Shown here in pieces: positions 1 through 12,130 of a stretch of DNA of 42,571 nt. Source of the stretch: Octopus bimaculoides (lineage: Eukaryota); NCBI RefSeq assembly GCF_001194135.2, contig NC_068984.1:23729928-23772498 (forward strand), in the 5' to 3' direction. Under the pieces are notes generated by a model, which did no database searches, was not told where the DNA came from, and worked only from the letters and a program-made list of their open reading frames with translations. The translations under genes and the position numbers were made by a program. Within the stretch, counting starts at the first letter, position 1. The number at the start of each line of letters is the position of its first letter.

Positions 1-33
1 TTGTGTTTTTACACTGTCTAGGGAATGAAGTGA

Positions 34-433
34 TCTTTTATCTTTTACTTGTTTCAGTCATTAGACTGCAGCCTTGCTGGGGTGCCGCCTTGAAGGATTT
101 TAGTCGAACGAATCAACCCCAATAACTTTTTTCTTTAAAACCTGGTACATATTCCATCGGTTCTTTTGTCGAAACGCTAAGCTACGGGGACGTAAACATA
201 CCAATACCGGTTGTCAAGCTGGTGATGGGAACAAACAGGCACAAACACACACACCCATATATATACGAGAGGCTTCTTTCAGTTTCCATCTACCAAATCC
301 ACTCAAAAGGTTTTGGTCGCCCCGAGGCTATGGTGGAAGACACTTACTTGTCCAAGATGCCACGCAGTGGGACTGAAACCAGAACGATGCGGTTGGGAAA
401 CAAACTTCTTACCACACAGCTACGCCTGCGCCT
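34..433 (-). mobile_element. tRNA-derived SINE, family A, near full length
   Basis: Reverse complement starts aggcgcaggcgtagctgtgtggtaag...ggtttcagtcccactgcgtgg (Pol III A/B-box-like head). The same body recurs at 474, 9700, 11140, 15299 and 23555. Confidence 0.85.
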
Positions 434-473
434 ATGATCAATGACAGGTTTCAGTAAATAGTGTTACCTGTAT

Positions 474-1020
474 CTCTTTATCATTTTATTTTGCTTTTTC
501 TTTGTCATTGGACTGCGGTCATGCTGGAGTACTGCTGTAAAGTGTTTAGTCGATCTTTTAAAAGTGTGACGCTTATATCGGTGAATTTTATCGAACCGTT
601 AGATTACGGAGACGTAAGCAAACCAACACCTGTTGTCAAGCGGTGATGGACAAACACACACGACGATCTTCCAGGCAATTTCCGACTACCATAAAGGCGG
701 CGAGCTGGCAGAAACGTTAGCACGCCGGGCGAAATGCTTAGCAGTATTTCGTCTGTCTTTATGTTCTGAGTTCAAATTCCGCCGAGGTCGACTTTGCCTT
801 TCATCCTTTCGCGGTCGATAAATTAAGTACCAGTTGTGTACTGGGGTTGATTTAATCGACTGGCCTCTTCCCCCAAAATTTCAGGCCTTGTGCCTAGAGT
901 AGAAAAGAATTTCCGTCTACCAAGTCACTCACAGGGTATTGGCCGGTCAGTGGCTATACTAGAAGGCGCTTGTCCACGGTACTGCACAGTGGGACTGAAC
1001 TCAAAACCTCAGCCATGTGT
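474..1020 (-). mobile_element. SINE family A copy interrupted by a family B insertion
   Basis: Family A sequence at 474-691 resumes at 908-1020 after the inserted element. Confidence 0.8.
692..907 (+). mobile_element. tRNA-derived SINE, family B, nested in a family A copy
   Basis: Head ggcggcgagctggcagaaacgttagcacg...gagttcaaattcc; core gcctttcatcctttc..gtcgataaattaagtaccag. 15-bp TSD aatttccg(a/t)ctacca at 677-691 and 908-922. Confidence 0.9.
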
Positions 1021-1698
1021 ATACAAGTGTTGGATATCTATTTACAAATCAATTATTTCCAACATAAGTGCAAGGATAAAAATTTAGGTTGATGGAGCGG
1101 AGCTAATCTATTCCACACCGACCACACTATTTGATGTGATCTAGACCGCACTAGTTGATGTCATCTACCACTGAAGAGTAATAAGGACTTGACCTGGTTG
1201 GGAATTGAACTCAGAACTTAAACATTTGGAACAAATGCTGCGAACCAATCAACTGTCCTGTCTATACGCAAAATGATGATACCACCTGTTTGGTTTATTT
1301 TCCCTTCAAATATTGATAATTTTTTTTATCCAAATAAATTAAGCATCAGACCACCAGCACATGGCTGGTGAGTTCATACAGTGCAAGCGTTTCTTCATCT
1401 CAATGCGTTGTATACTTTAACATAGGTATATATCTGAGTTTAATATAGCTGTCGCAAACATCCTATTCGTACTAGCATCCTGTTCAGATGTATTTTCTTA
1501 AGCTGCTTAATTTCGCACCAACCGGAATTAAGCACAGATTCGATGAATACTAGAGGCTAAGAAAATTGATTAACATAACCAATCAGATACTGCTTAGTAA
1601 GATCACTGCAACACCTTCTACAATAATTAATGTATATGGCCGCTTTGTTAAAGAATGAAGATAGCTGAAACAGCAGTGTTTATAACTAACGTGTTTAC

Positions 1699-1746
1699 TT
1701 GAATACAATGCAATTTCGAATATAATGAGATGTCCACATTTTGTAC
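1699..1746 (-). CDS. Candidate 48-nt internal exon of an unidentified gene
   Basis: Minus-strand acceptor ttattgattttttag|G and donor CAA|gtaaac. All three frames are open, so the frame is unresolved. No homology recognised. Confidence 0.3.
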
Positions 1747-2223
1747 CTAAAAAATCAATAACAAATTTTATTCTCTTATCACTTTTTTGCACTCGAGTAC
1801 AATGCTATCTCCAGTTTTAAATTATTAAATGTCTTGCATTATTCACGAGTAAACATGGTAATTATTTTACAGAATTTAATTTTGTCTCTTATGTTTTGAG
1901 TTCATATCCGGTTATGACCAATACCGGCTTTGATTTCGTCGATCTTGATAAAATAAATGTACTTCTTTCGTTTCCACTGAAAATGTCCTCTTGCTTTATG
2001 TTTACCTGACCTTGTACTGATTCAAAAGAAATTATGTTTTGTGTTGGCAAATTGAGAGAGGATCCGGTTTCAGTTTATGCTTGAAGACATTTTTCACTAT
2101 CCACAAATGAAGCTGAGAAGAAAATTGCTGATTCCTACCATCTTTTTTTTTTTTTTTTATATAGTTTTCATTTTTCTAAGAAAATTCCAAATAATAGATT
2201 TAAATATTGGTAACACTTCTTAC

Positions 2224-2299
2224 TCAACTTCAGGTACATCGTTCTCAAAATTATCTTTCTTCGGATATCCATTTTGTGGCACTTCATCAACATCATCGT
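2224..2299 (-). CDS. Candidate 76-nt internal exon of an unidentified gene (likely DDVDEVPQNGYPKKDNFENDVPEV)
   Basis: Acceptor gttattgttgttatag| and consensus donor GA|gtaaga. Two frames are open. No homology recognised. Confidence 0.38.
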
Positions 2300-2479
2300 C
2301 TATAACAACAATAACAATAATCCTTGGACATTACTGTCATGAGACTTACACGACCAGATACACAGTTTCTGGGACGTATAAGCAACTGAAATCACAACAT
2401 ATTCCCCTAAACAAGACGTCAGTCCGTTGTAGCATCACTCATAAACATCAGTGTAGACTGGAGCAACGTGAAATGAAAA

Positions 2480-2580
2480 ATTTTGCCCCCAAAACACAAC
2501 GCATCGTCCTGCGCAGGATTGAAACCACGTTCTTGCTATCGTAAATAGAACACGCTAACTACTAGGCCGCTCGCTTTCAC
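2480..2580 (-). mobile_element. SINE head fragment (tRNA-like; related to families D/E)
   Basis: Reverse complement gagcggcctagtagttagcgtg...ggtttcaatcctgcgcaggacgatgcgttgtgttttg resembles the heads at 34850 and 36504. Confidence 0.55.
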
Positions 2581-2819
2581 TACAATAACGCTTTTTTTTG
2601 TGCTTCATTTAAACCCGAAAACTTATGGCAGATGCATTTGAAAGAGTCTCCATATTTGTTAAGAGTTTCAACACTTTTTCATGACTCCTATGTTTAAGTA
2701 AAATAGAAGTTAAATAAAATATAATAAGTCTTTATGTGTCTACAAGAAGACTTGCAATAATATTATTACAATCTGGCAAAATCTTATTCCTTGGCTTTTA
2801 CTATTTTTTGTATAAATAA

Positions 2820-3034
2820 AGCGACGAGCTGGCAGAATCGTTAGCGCGCCGGGAAAAATGCTTAGCGGCATTTCGTCCGTCTTTACGTCCTGAGTTCGAA
2901 ATTCCGCCGAAGTCGACTTTACTTTTCATTCTTTCGGGGTCTATAAAATGAGTATCAGTTGAGTACTGGGGTCAATCTAATTGACTTATCCGCTTCCCTG
3001 AACTTGCTAGCCTTGTGCCAAAATTTGAGATCAA
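2820..3034 (+). mobile_element. SINE family B
   Basis: Head gacgagctggcagaatcgttagcgcg and core matching 692-907. Confidence 0.85.
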
Positions 3035-3561
3035 TACTTTCTATATAAATACGGCATAGGGGCTGAAGCACTGGAAGTAAAAGGGGAGTTAGTGGATAAT
3101 GCGCCGGACGCGGGGAGGCAAGTGACATTAAGTGACAAAGCAGGGCGGGGGCGGAAGAGGCTTGACAGATTTTTTTAGACAGGGAACCGGCCAGAACGGA
3201 TATGTTGACGGGGTTCTTAGCTTCTGGTCAGCAGTTTAAGGTAGAAAGAGTCTCTGGGTCGTACAACTGCTAGTCGACTGCCCTCTTCGTAATTTGACTT
3301 CACTTGACCTCTCACATCCGGTGCATCATCTACTATACTACAATAAAATGACATACCTTAACTATTATAAACTTTAAACATAGACGACGTTTGTGTAATC
3401 ACAATGAAATCTAAATAGGTGAGCTACTACTTTTTAATCAATGAACTCGTTGCTGACAACAAATCCATAAATGGCTTGCGCAGCTCACACAAGCCATTTA
3501 TCTACACCTAGTTTCTTAGTGATCATTAAACTACACAGCGTAGTATTTCATAATATCTATC

Positions 3562-4200
3562 TCCATGTTCTATGTATAATGGTTGTTCTTTACTAAGAAC
3601 TTCTGTAATTGTCTTATTAGGACGAGGGCATCAGTGGTAGTCCGTTCTGTCACAGACCCAAGTTGCATCTCGTCTAAGTTATTTTTATTCCAAACTATTT
3701 GTGTTATAACATTTTATGTTATCTTCACAACCTGGTCCTCTGTAGATGTTTCTTTCTAATGTATTTATCATTGAAGAAATTGATGATGAAACTTTTATGC
3801 CAGCTATTAGGAATGGTCCCCTCTCTATACTACCTGATAGACTATGCATGCGACTAATCCTTGTCTCGTTTCGCTGGATACTTCTTGTATCTCAGCAACT
3901 ATCCCTGATAGTCTAACTCTTTTCACAAGCTTCAGAGCATTCTTGACATTCTGACAACAGCCAATTTCAACAGCAGGTTCATCTGTTGGATCTACTGTGG
4001 GTAGTCCCTCTCTCTCTCTCTACTGTATATTCTCCTCATTCGGCAAGCTCTCGTTGTAGCATTCCCTTCAGCTCCTTCTCGGCGTTAGTGAGGGCGAGTG
4101 TGCTGCTGATTTATACTGAAACACTGTTTGCAATACGGACTACCTTACATCTCTGATCCTCACATCGCGGAATAGTGATAAATCTCTTACTCCTCTCACT
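3562..4200 (-). mobile_element. Decayed RTE-clade LINE fragment (pre-RT and RT N-terminal region)
   Basis: Minus-strand translation with stops and frameshifts: RCEDQRCKVVRIA...LPTVDPTDEPAV...SGIVAEI...LVACIVYQVV...LDEMQLGSV..RTTTDALVLIRQLQ. This matches the RTE pattern SGI.AE / DEMQFGF / STTDAIF..RQLQEK. Confidence 0.8.
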
Positions 4201-4242
4201 GCTAATTATATTTGATGGTTAGCTTCTCTTCTTTTTTTTTTT

Positions 4243-4344
4243 TACGGGGTCAATAAAATAAAGTACTTATCGAGTGCCGTAATGGATGTAATCGACTAAA
4301 TCTTCTCCCTACAACTGTTGGTCTTGCGCCAAAATTTGAAACCA
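4243..4344 (+). mobile_element. SINE family B 3' fragment, diverged
   Basis: ggggtcaataaaataaagtac...gatgtaatcgact...tgcgccaaaatttgaaacc matches the family B 3' half. Confidence 0.6.
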
Positions 4345-7300
4345 TTAATTGCCCAACTTATAAACTCACTATTACTTAGATCATATGTAAACCTACTAGA
4401 CCAGTTCGCACATAAACGCCTTCTTGGCAGCTAATTCTATCGATAGTGTAAATTTGTCTATCCAAATAGTATTTTGTAAGATTTGGTAGTAAATATGTAG
4501 CAGAATGCTGTGTTTCATATGAAATGTAACTCTCACACAATGTATCTTGATAACGTCATTCAAATAAGTTAGTGTCTTGTTACTAAAACTGGCCCGTCAA
4601 ATGACTGTACTTTCAACCGTTTGTAATTTTGATACCACATTGTCAGTTATTTTAGAATTTAGGTCTGGAGCTTACTTTTGACTGACTAAAATGTATTAAC
4701 AGAGGCCAAATACATCATCTAACCAGCGGGCATTTGTATTTGAAAACGACTCCAAGCTACTCGTCCTCTTAGTTCACATCTGTCACTTAATCTCTTTCTT
4801 TATTTATCAAACAATAACCTCATAAACCAGATGCAAATGAAACATGTCACTGACCAGGTCGCATTTGGTGCGACGAAAATTTTGATGCCAAATAAAATGT
4901 TTAAATGAAGTTAACAGTCTTTGTGTGTTTTTGAATGGCTAATCTGTATCTTCGACCCTGCAATCGTCTTTATAATTTTATTATTTTTTACTTCTCACAC
5001 ACTATGCAAAAAAAACCTTTTTACACTTACACTTTGAAATTACATTTCAACATGGTATTTTTTAAACAATAACCTTTGAACTCTGTCCTTCGAGACATAA
5101 TCATTTCTCAGTTGTTTGCAAAAACAATTTTCAATATGTTTCTGGTATTTGAACATATTTTCTTTGACTGAACTTTCTGAATGTGGTCGGATTATTATAT
5201 AAACCTCTGCATTAATATTATTTTAATGATATTAACATGCTTGCATTAAATAGATTTTGGGATTCTTTTCCTTATAAGAGTCATTTTTCTTTCTTATCAT
5301 CATCATCATTGTTGCTTCATGAGAGTAACTGCATTGGTATGTTGTTTTTACCCAACTTTCGAATAAACAACCCAATTAACCTAAGCGCGTTTGCCCACTC
5401 CTTCATTTCGTCATACATTTCATCGTTTTACTTGTTTTTTTTTGTTTTTTAAAGTTCTTCTAAAAATATGATTTAAATTAACTTTATTGGATGAACTAAA
5501 AAAAAAAACAACGTCGGCTGTTTGCACTTTGGTGAAGCCATTTTCGTAATTTAGACAAACCATTCGTATCAGGGGTGGTTATGAAATATGAATATATGCG
5601 TCAATAAAATAATATTCTAGACAGGATTAGTATTTAAGCTAGCATTGCTGAAGGATTAATATTCAGCATGGAAAAAAATTCTATTGAAATTTTAAGGACA
5701 CAATGTGTTTGTGTACTTAAAACTCATTCAATGAAAATAAAGAAAAACAATACAAACACACACACACACACACATCATACACTCACTAACAAACATATGT
5801 TGTTTACTTTTAAGTATAAAAGCATAAGAGTGCTCAATACTCTCCTAGAAGTGTAGATTTTGAAACAAGTTTGTTTTATGTAAGGTAAAAAAAGACTACA
5901 CAACTGATCTACAGTTTCGTTCAATCGGTCATTTACTCTACACATCAATAAATTGAGAAGTGACGATTGATAACATGTGAACAGTTTAAAGGACATTCGG
6001 CGTGTTTTCAGATAATCATGTTGTTTCTGAGGAAATTTGCTGTTCATCATTTACCAGGAGTCTGTATTGAAGTTCATGAGTAGAAACCTAGGCTTATCCT
6101 AGCATGTCGGAATAAGTTCAGTTGTTTTGTTTAGAAGTGGACTGGGGATATGAATGATAGGGAATTTCTCTGTAAGACCAGTCACAGTAGACCAATGCAT
6201 TACTGAACGTTGGTGCCTTGTCTTGCAATTTCCAAGTAACGTTCGTGGTTCTCCCCAATTTCTTTAAGACTGGGCTTTCTCTTCATGGATACATCAACTC
6301 TGATCTGTTGTTAATTCATGACAAAATTTAAATATATTGAGTACTTCTCTAATAACTGGGATGATGTTATTGCTACACAAACATCTTAGATAACATATTA
6401 AAAAATCCATGTGGCTGACTGGCAAGGGTTCATTCTCCATTATGTTACAACTACTTGCCCAGAGGCGCCCAACCTCTTCTATCGCCGTTACAGTAGAATT
6501 ACTGGTATAGAGAGACATGCTGTCCGTGTTTTCCGTACCAATAGGCGTTAATTTCTCTAATGCTCCTCTAAACTAAGTTTTTGCTTGCCCCTGTCGACCT
6601 ACTTAGAACATCTTGTTTCTCTTTCATCATCCCATTTGTGTATCACTTGGCTGATCTCATACTAAACATTTTACTTAATCATTCCCAAATAGAAATGCAG
6701 CCTTCTATAATTCCTTTCGCAACCAGGTTATGTTTACTTGCAGATGCAGACACTGACAAATAGATATCCACTGGCTTAGTAAGGCCTACAAAGGTCATCT
6801 TTCAAGTATAATTTTTTTAAAATGGCATTTTATAAAGATATCGTAACATGTTTGCTTGGATATGAAGCAGATGCCTTATCTAGTGCAATACCAAGACCAA
6901 TTACAAATCAACTAATAGCATAATGAGAATAAGATTAAAATATATATTAAAATGCATACATATGTATATGGAACAATGTTTCTTCCAAGTCTGTGCATGT
7001 TTTGCAATCAGCAATGCACAAAATGAATTAAAAGGCGCACTGGAAATTAATGCTAATCTAAGAAGTTAATTGCCTAAAATAACTTAGTAATTAGTAACAG
7101 CTTTATTAATTATTATGATTTTTTATATTACTTATACATTAGCGCGTACATATTTTTGTCAGATAAAGCAAAAGTCTGTACTCCATAAGATTTTTTGCGC
7201 ACACTGACTACTAAAAAGCTAGAGAAACATTAGTAACTACATATATTTAGTCACATTGTCATATTAAGACTGACTCGTTGTTAGACCTCAATGATATGGT

Positions 7301-7944
7301 TCCATATACATTTCTTTTTCATAATCCCTTCTGAACTGGTACGGCAGTAATTAAAGCTGGGCAATGAATTTTGTAACAGTATGTAAATGAGTTGTGTATA
7401 GACCAAGCTTGTTACTTTTTTAAAAGTAGCTAACTGCTTCTAACGTTCAGCAGTATAGGAGGGAAAGAACCCTGAAGGGCTATATGTTAGTGAAACCAAT
7501 AGATTCGATCCCCATGCTAAGCTTTCAATAAATAAACAAATAAATTAATAAATGAATAAAAAAAAATAAAGCAACAAAAATTATGTAGTATAACTATGGA
7601 CCAAATTTTATTGTTGAGTTCTAACATTGACAAACAACCACATTGGTAACTTAATGTTTAAAATATATGAATATTACAGTTGATGAAAATGTGTTGTAAG
7701 ACGGAACACCATGATTGTGACATTTTATTAAGATCAGTCTGATCTACCGTATGTAGGACATCGAGCTAACAAAAGAACTTATAAGTGGTTGTTGGAGCTG
7801 GTAAAAATAGTTACAAAATTACATACCATCGTCTTGAAAAAGAAAGAACATCCCAGATATACAATGTGTAAGGGAAGGGTATAATGGTTATAGCTGGAAC
7901 ACCTTTGACCATAAGTCTGTTCAGTTGAGAGCTGAACATCACGG

Positions 7945-7998
7945 GAAGAAGAAGAAGAAGAAGAAGAAGAAGAAGAAGAAGAAGGAGGAGGAGGAGGA
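7945..7998. repeat. (GAA)n/(GGA)n microsatellite
   Basis: About 13 GAA units followed by GGA units. Confidence 0.95.
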
Positions 7999-9329
7999 CA
8001 ATAACAACAATTCTGCAGTGAAATTTGTAATGAAGCAATAAAATTATTCTATGTTTTTGAATAAATTTTTAGTGTTATTTTGATATCATTCTATGACTAA
8101 GATTCAAAAAGATGCGTTAAACATCCAAAACAGACTGGATATTTTTTGACGACCCTGGACACCGCATTTAAAGATTGATTTTTAGTCAATTTTATCAACC
8201 CCAGGATTTAATCTGTTTTTCATTTTATCGATGTCTATTTACTGAATGGCTTAGTTCACCTTTCAAGTGACGTCAACGCATCTTTTCTTATAACATTTTT
8301 GACACTCACTACATTACATATGGTAAGACAAACTTAACTATTGTTTTTCACGCAGATGGCGTCTTTGAGTAATTAATCTCGGTAATTAATTTTTCAAAAT
8401 TATGCTAATTTTTCTCCTACTCGTCGCTAATTATTGGACATATGACGCATGCATAATGGTTTTCATATTAGTTTCATATAGGCAATATCTGTGCTTTGCT
8501 GATGAGATCTAATAAAACCAGAGCATGTCTGTAGTAGTTTATTGTACTTGTCGAAATTATTAATTTAGGTTGCTTTCAGAAGCTCTCCAGTGGTACCTCC
8601 AGCCAATATTGTACATTTTGCTTGCATGCCAGGAATTTCGCTTCGCTTCTACATCTTTCTATTTCGGTATAACGATCATTGTTTTTACATTAAAACGATC
8701 ATTCTGTTGAAAGAGCATTGAGTGAAACAAGTAAATGTTATTATATAGGATGTGGTAAAGCTATTCCAAAGACCTTGTCTTCGGTGATGTGCAAGGCTGG
8801 CGCTAGGCAAACCTTAACCATCTTCCAGAGCACTAAAATCAAGGAGCACCACGCAAAATCTCAACAAAATTCTTAATCCAACTAAAAACACAAGGTCATT
8901 GATTTGGTCTGAGTTATCAGTTGATTAAATTGACTTCGGTATTTCACTGGTAAATATATGAGAGGAAGCGAAGCAAAGTTGACCTGAGTGGGACTTGAGC
9001 ACAAAATGCAAATAACAAATACTGCAATTGTATTTTGTCCGACGCTCAATCAATTCTGAAACCCGGTACTCTTTAAAAAAAAGGAAAAAGAAAAAACATG
9101 TAACTTGAAGAGAGCAGGTGTGATCACTTATGGGTCAGAAAAAAAATAGAGGACAAGAATAGGCTAGAGTTGGGTGGGGGAGACGAGAGGTTTTTGTGAT
9201 GTACGACTTAATACATAATTTGACAGGAAATATTTCAAATCGTCTCGTACGGACGCATTTGGAGATATGTTTCATCGCAAATCGATACATTTGTTGCAAA
9301 AAAAAAAAAAAAAAAAAAAATCAAAGATA

Positions 9330-9415
9330 TTCTTTACTCTAGGCACAAGGCCCAAAATTCTTGGGAAGGGGGCCAGCCGATTAGACCGACCCGAGTATGC
9401 AACCGGTACTTAATT
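9330..9415 (-). mobile_element. SINE family B 3' fragment
   Basis: ttctttactctaggcacaaggcc...accggtacttaatt is the reverse complement of the family B tail. Confidence 0.7.
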
Positions 9416-9645
9416 TTTTATTTTTCGCCTGTATTTTGCTGCTGATGCAGCAGGTACAAAGAGAATAACGACTGGTGTAAACTGTGGGAAAAGATTAGAA
9501 ACGGTGGTACACTCGTTATAGCTTGGATAATGGGGCAGACATTGGAAAGCTGGGAGGAGAGCTACACCTTACTTGGCTGGCTTAGGCCCTGGATACACTG
9601 ATCCAGCCCTAGCGACGTGGGGGTGACATGAATTTTAATTTCAGA

Positions 9646-9682
<37 letters not shown>

Positions 9683-9699
9683 GACTGACTGCCTGTCTG

Positions 9700-10064
9700 T
9701 CTTTTATCTTATACTTGTTTCAGTCATTGGATTGCAGCCATGCTGGGGCACCACCTTGAAGAATTTTAGTCGAAACGATAGACCCAAGTACTTATTTTAC
9801 TTTTATGTCTGGTACTCATTCTATCGGCCTCTTTTACCGAACCGCTAACAAACCAACAGTAGTTGTCAAATGGAGTGGGACACGGGGACACGCACGCACG
9901 CACACACGCACACACGTACACATACACACAACGGGTTTCCACACAATTTCCGTCTTCCAGATTTCACTGACAAAGGTATTGCACACGGTGCCGCGTCGTG
10001 GAACTGAACTCGAAATCGCGTGGTTGCGAAGCGAGCTTCTTAAGCACACTGTCAAGTCTGCGCC
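9700..10064 (-). mobile_element. SINE family A, preceded by (TATC)n at about 9646-9682
   Basis: Colinear with 34-433 along its whole length. Confidence 0.85.
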
Positions 10065-10444
10065 CATCTGTTTATTCATTATTTTATGTCACTAGGACTA
10101 AATGATACATCATTACTTATATTTATAAGACATTTAGCATCACATTACTAACCATAGCAGATGCGTGGATCAAGTGATTCGGTGAATACTGTCGCACGTA
10201 ACTAGTTTAATTGGTTTGCTAGACTGTTATTATTTAGGCTCGAATTAGTTCTGATTGAGCAGATCTGTCATGAATGGCATTCCATCCGTGACAATATGAC
10301 TTTTTATATGCTTTATATATATAAGATGATAAGGTATGTTATGAGTGAGATTTGACTGCTCTTTCTGGCAGAATGAGCGACTTCATATTGTACGTCCATA
10401 TGATGTTGCGGGAGATAACTAGGTTAAGCTATCTGGTAAACGTT

Positions 10445-10448
<4 letters not shown>

Positions 10449-10524
<76 letters not shown>

Positions 10525-10642
10525 AGTGAACATATAGAAGTTATCGTTCACTAGCGAGTTAATTAGACACATATACGTACGTATGTATGTATGTATGTAT
10601 GTATGTATGTATGTATGTATGTATGTATGTATGTAGTAGTAA

Positions 10643-10678
<36 letters not shown>
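10449..10678. repeat. Compound microsatellite (TA)n, (TATG)n, (TAG)n
   Basis: Directly visible arrays. Confidence 0.95.
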
Positions 10679-11354
10679 ATAAGTAGGTTAAGTGGCTCTT
10701 TAGATATGGCAGTGTACATATAAATATGAGATAATGTTTTTATTGACGGTACTTAAAATAAAATAACTACTGATATTAGCCCAATGTCTATGAAGATATT
10801 ATCTTAACACAAACTGTATGTCTTTATATATGATGAATTTATTATACGTTCTCGCGATAACAGTATGAATTACACAGATAATTACTTCTATAAATAATGT
10901 CTGTTAATAATGTTATTAGTTAGTAATGTTATTAGTTTTCGGACCATTAACGTCATCTTGGAAATGTACAATTATAACGGACGAGATTCGAACTAAGAAC
11001 CGTTATTAAAAGAAAAAAAAAAAAGAAGAAAGGAAATCCAAAGTAGGAGTAGTAACATTTACATTCACTATATCACTGATGTAGCAAATTTTAGTTTAGA
11101 AATAACCATGCTCTATCCAGTCTGTTAATCCGTTGCATGTTACTCTTTTACTTGTTTCAGTCATTTGACTGCAGCCATGGTGGAGAAAATCGACCCCCAG
11201 GACTTATTTTTTCGTAAGCCTAGTACTTGTTCTATCGGTCCCTTTTTGCCGAACCGCTAAGTTACGGGTTACGGGGACGTAAACACACCAGCATCGGTTG
11301 TCAAGCGATGTGGGGGGGGGGGAAACACAGACACAAACACACATACATATATAT

Positions 11355-11728
11355 CAGATTCGTGTTTGGCCGTACGGCTTTTTAATGTTGTTTTCACTGT
11401 CCATTTTTTCGTGTCTTGGTTTGTGTTTGCCACCTTGGAATCCTCTGTTTAGTGGGTCGATCCACTACTCAGGAAGAGACTATTCTGGAGTACGTTCTGC
11501 CTTATCTTCGAAACATCTAGTTAGAATAGAGGCAGCTGACGAAGGATTAATTCCAAGTGGCTATCTGTTTTCCTATGTGTTCTTTCCGTTGTCTGTATTT
11601 CATTTTTCTAACGTCCTGTACACTGATATGCATCTATATACACATGTAGATGTAAGTATGTACATATATGTGGGTATACATGCATACATATTCTTTGTAT
11701 TATATGTACATATATATATATATATATA
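11355..11728 (+). mobile_element. Repeat family F (Penelope pseudo-LTR-like, inferred) ending in (TA)n
   Basis: Shares cttcgaaac...ctgaYgaagg...cctgta..atatgcat...agatgta..tatgta with 28790-29056 (-) and, more distantly, 35770-36110 (+). Confidence 0.65.
11491..11548 (+). ncRNA. Candidate non-circularly permuted hammerhead ribozyme (decayed copy)
   Basis: GUU at 11494-96; stem I ctgcctt 11497-503 / gaggcag 11529-35; GAAAC 11510-14; CUGACGA 11536-42; stem II atctt 11504-08 / aggat 11543-47. Confidence 0.55.
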
Positions 11729-11945
11729 NNNNNNNNNNNNNNNNNNNNNNNNNNNNNNNNNNNNNNNNNNNNNNNNNNNNNNNNNNNNNNNNNNNNNNNN
11801 NNNNNNNNNNNNNNNNNNNNNNNNNNNNNNNNNNNNNNNNNNNNNNNNNNTGGGAATGAACCTGGAACCATGTGGTTGGTAAGCAAGCTACTTACCACAC
11901 AGTCACTCCTGCGCCTTAATTTCATGATATCTAATTGATAAGAAT

Positions 11946-12130
11946 AGGCGAAATGCTTAGCGGTAATTTCGTCTGCCGTTACGTTCTGAGTTCAAATTCC
12001 ACCGAGATCGACTTTGCTTTTCATCCTTTCGGGGTCGATAAATTAAGTACCAGTTGCGTACTGGAGTCGATCTAATCGACTGGCCTCCTCCCCAAAATTT
12101 TTGGGTCTTATGCCTAGAGTAGAAAAGAAT
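11946..12130 (+). mobile_element. SINE family B, 5'-truncated
   Basis: Near-identical to the body of 692-907. Confidence 0.88.

Larger units (their letters stand above)
11140..11916 (-). mobile_element. SINE family A split by a family F insertion and an N gap
   Basis: Tail portion at 11140 to about 11350; head portion at 11851-11916. Confidence 0.8.

Noticed and set aside
222-1087. Short ORFs such as MAESLAR/ELAETLARRAKCLAVF (also 11957, 17264, 26183, 27189)
   Set aside because: These are recurrent chance translations of SINE families A and B.
2077-2544. 155-aa plus-strand ORF
   Set aside because: It crosses a poly-T run and a SINE head and has low-complexity composition. Its Ser/Thr-rich part is the antisense of the candidate exon at 2224-2299.
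5025-5208. Minus-strand 55-codon open frame upstream of a perfect gtaagt donor
   Set aside because: The acceptor lacks a pyrimidine tract and the frame stops before the donor.
6430-6790. Possible RTE C-terminal remnant on the minus strand (..YWYGKH.. resembling RWYGHV)
   Set aside because: Too degenerate to support by eye.
8500-8530. ctgatgag motif
   Set aside because: No matching GAAAC strand or stems nearby.
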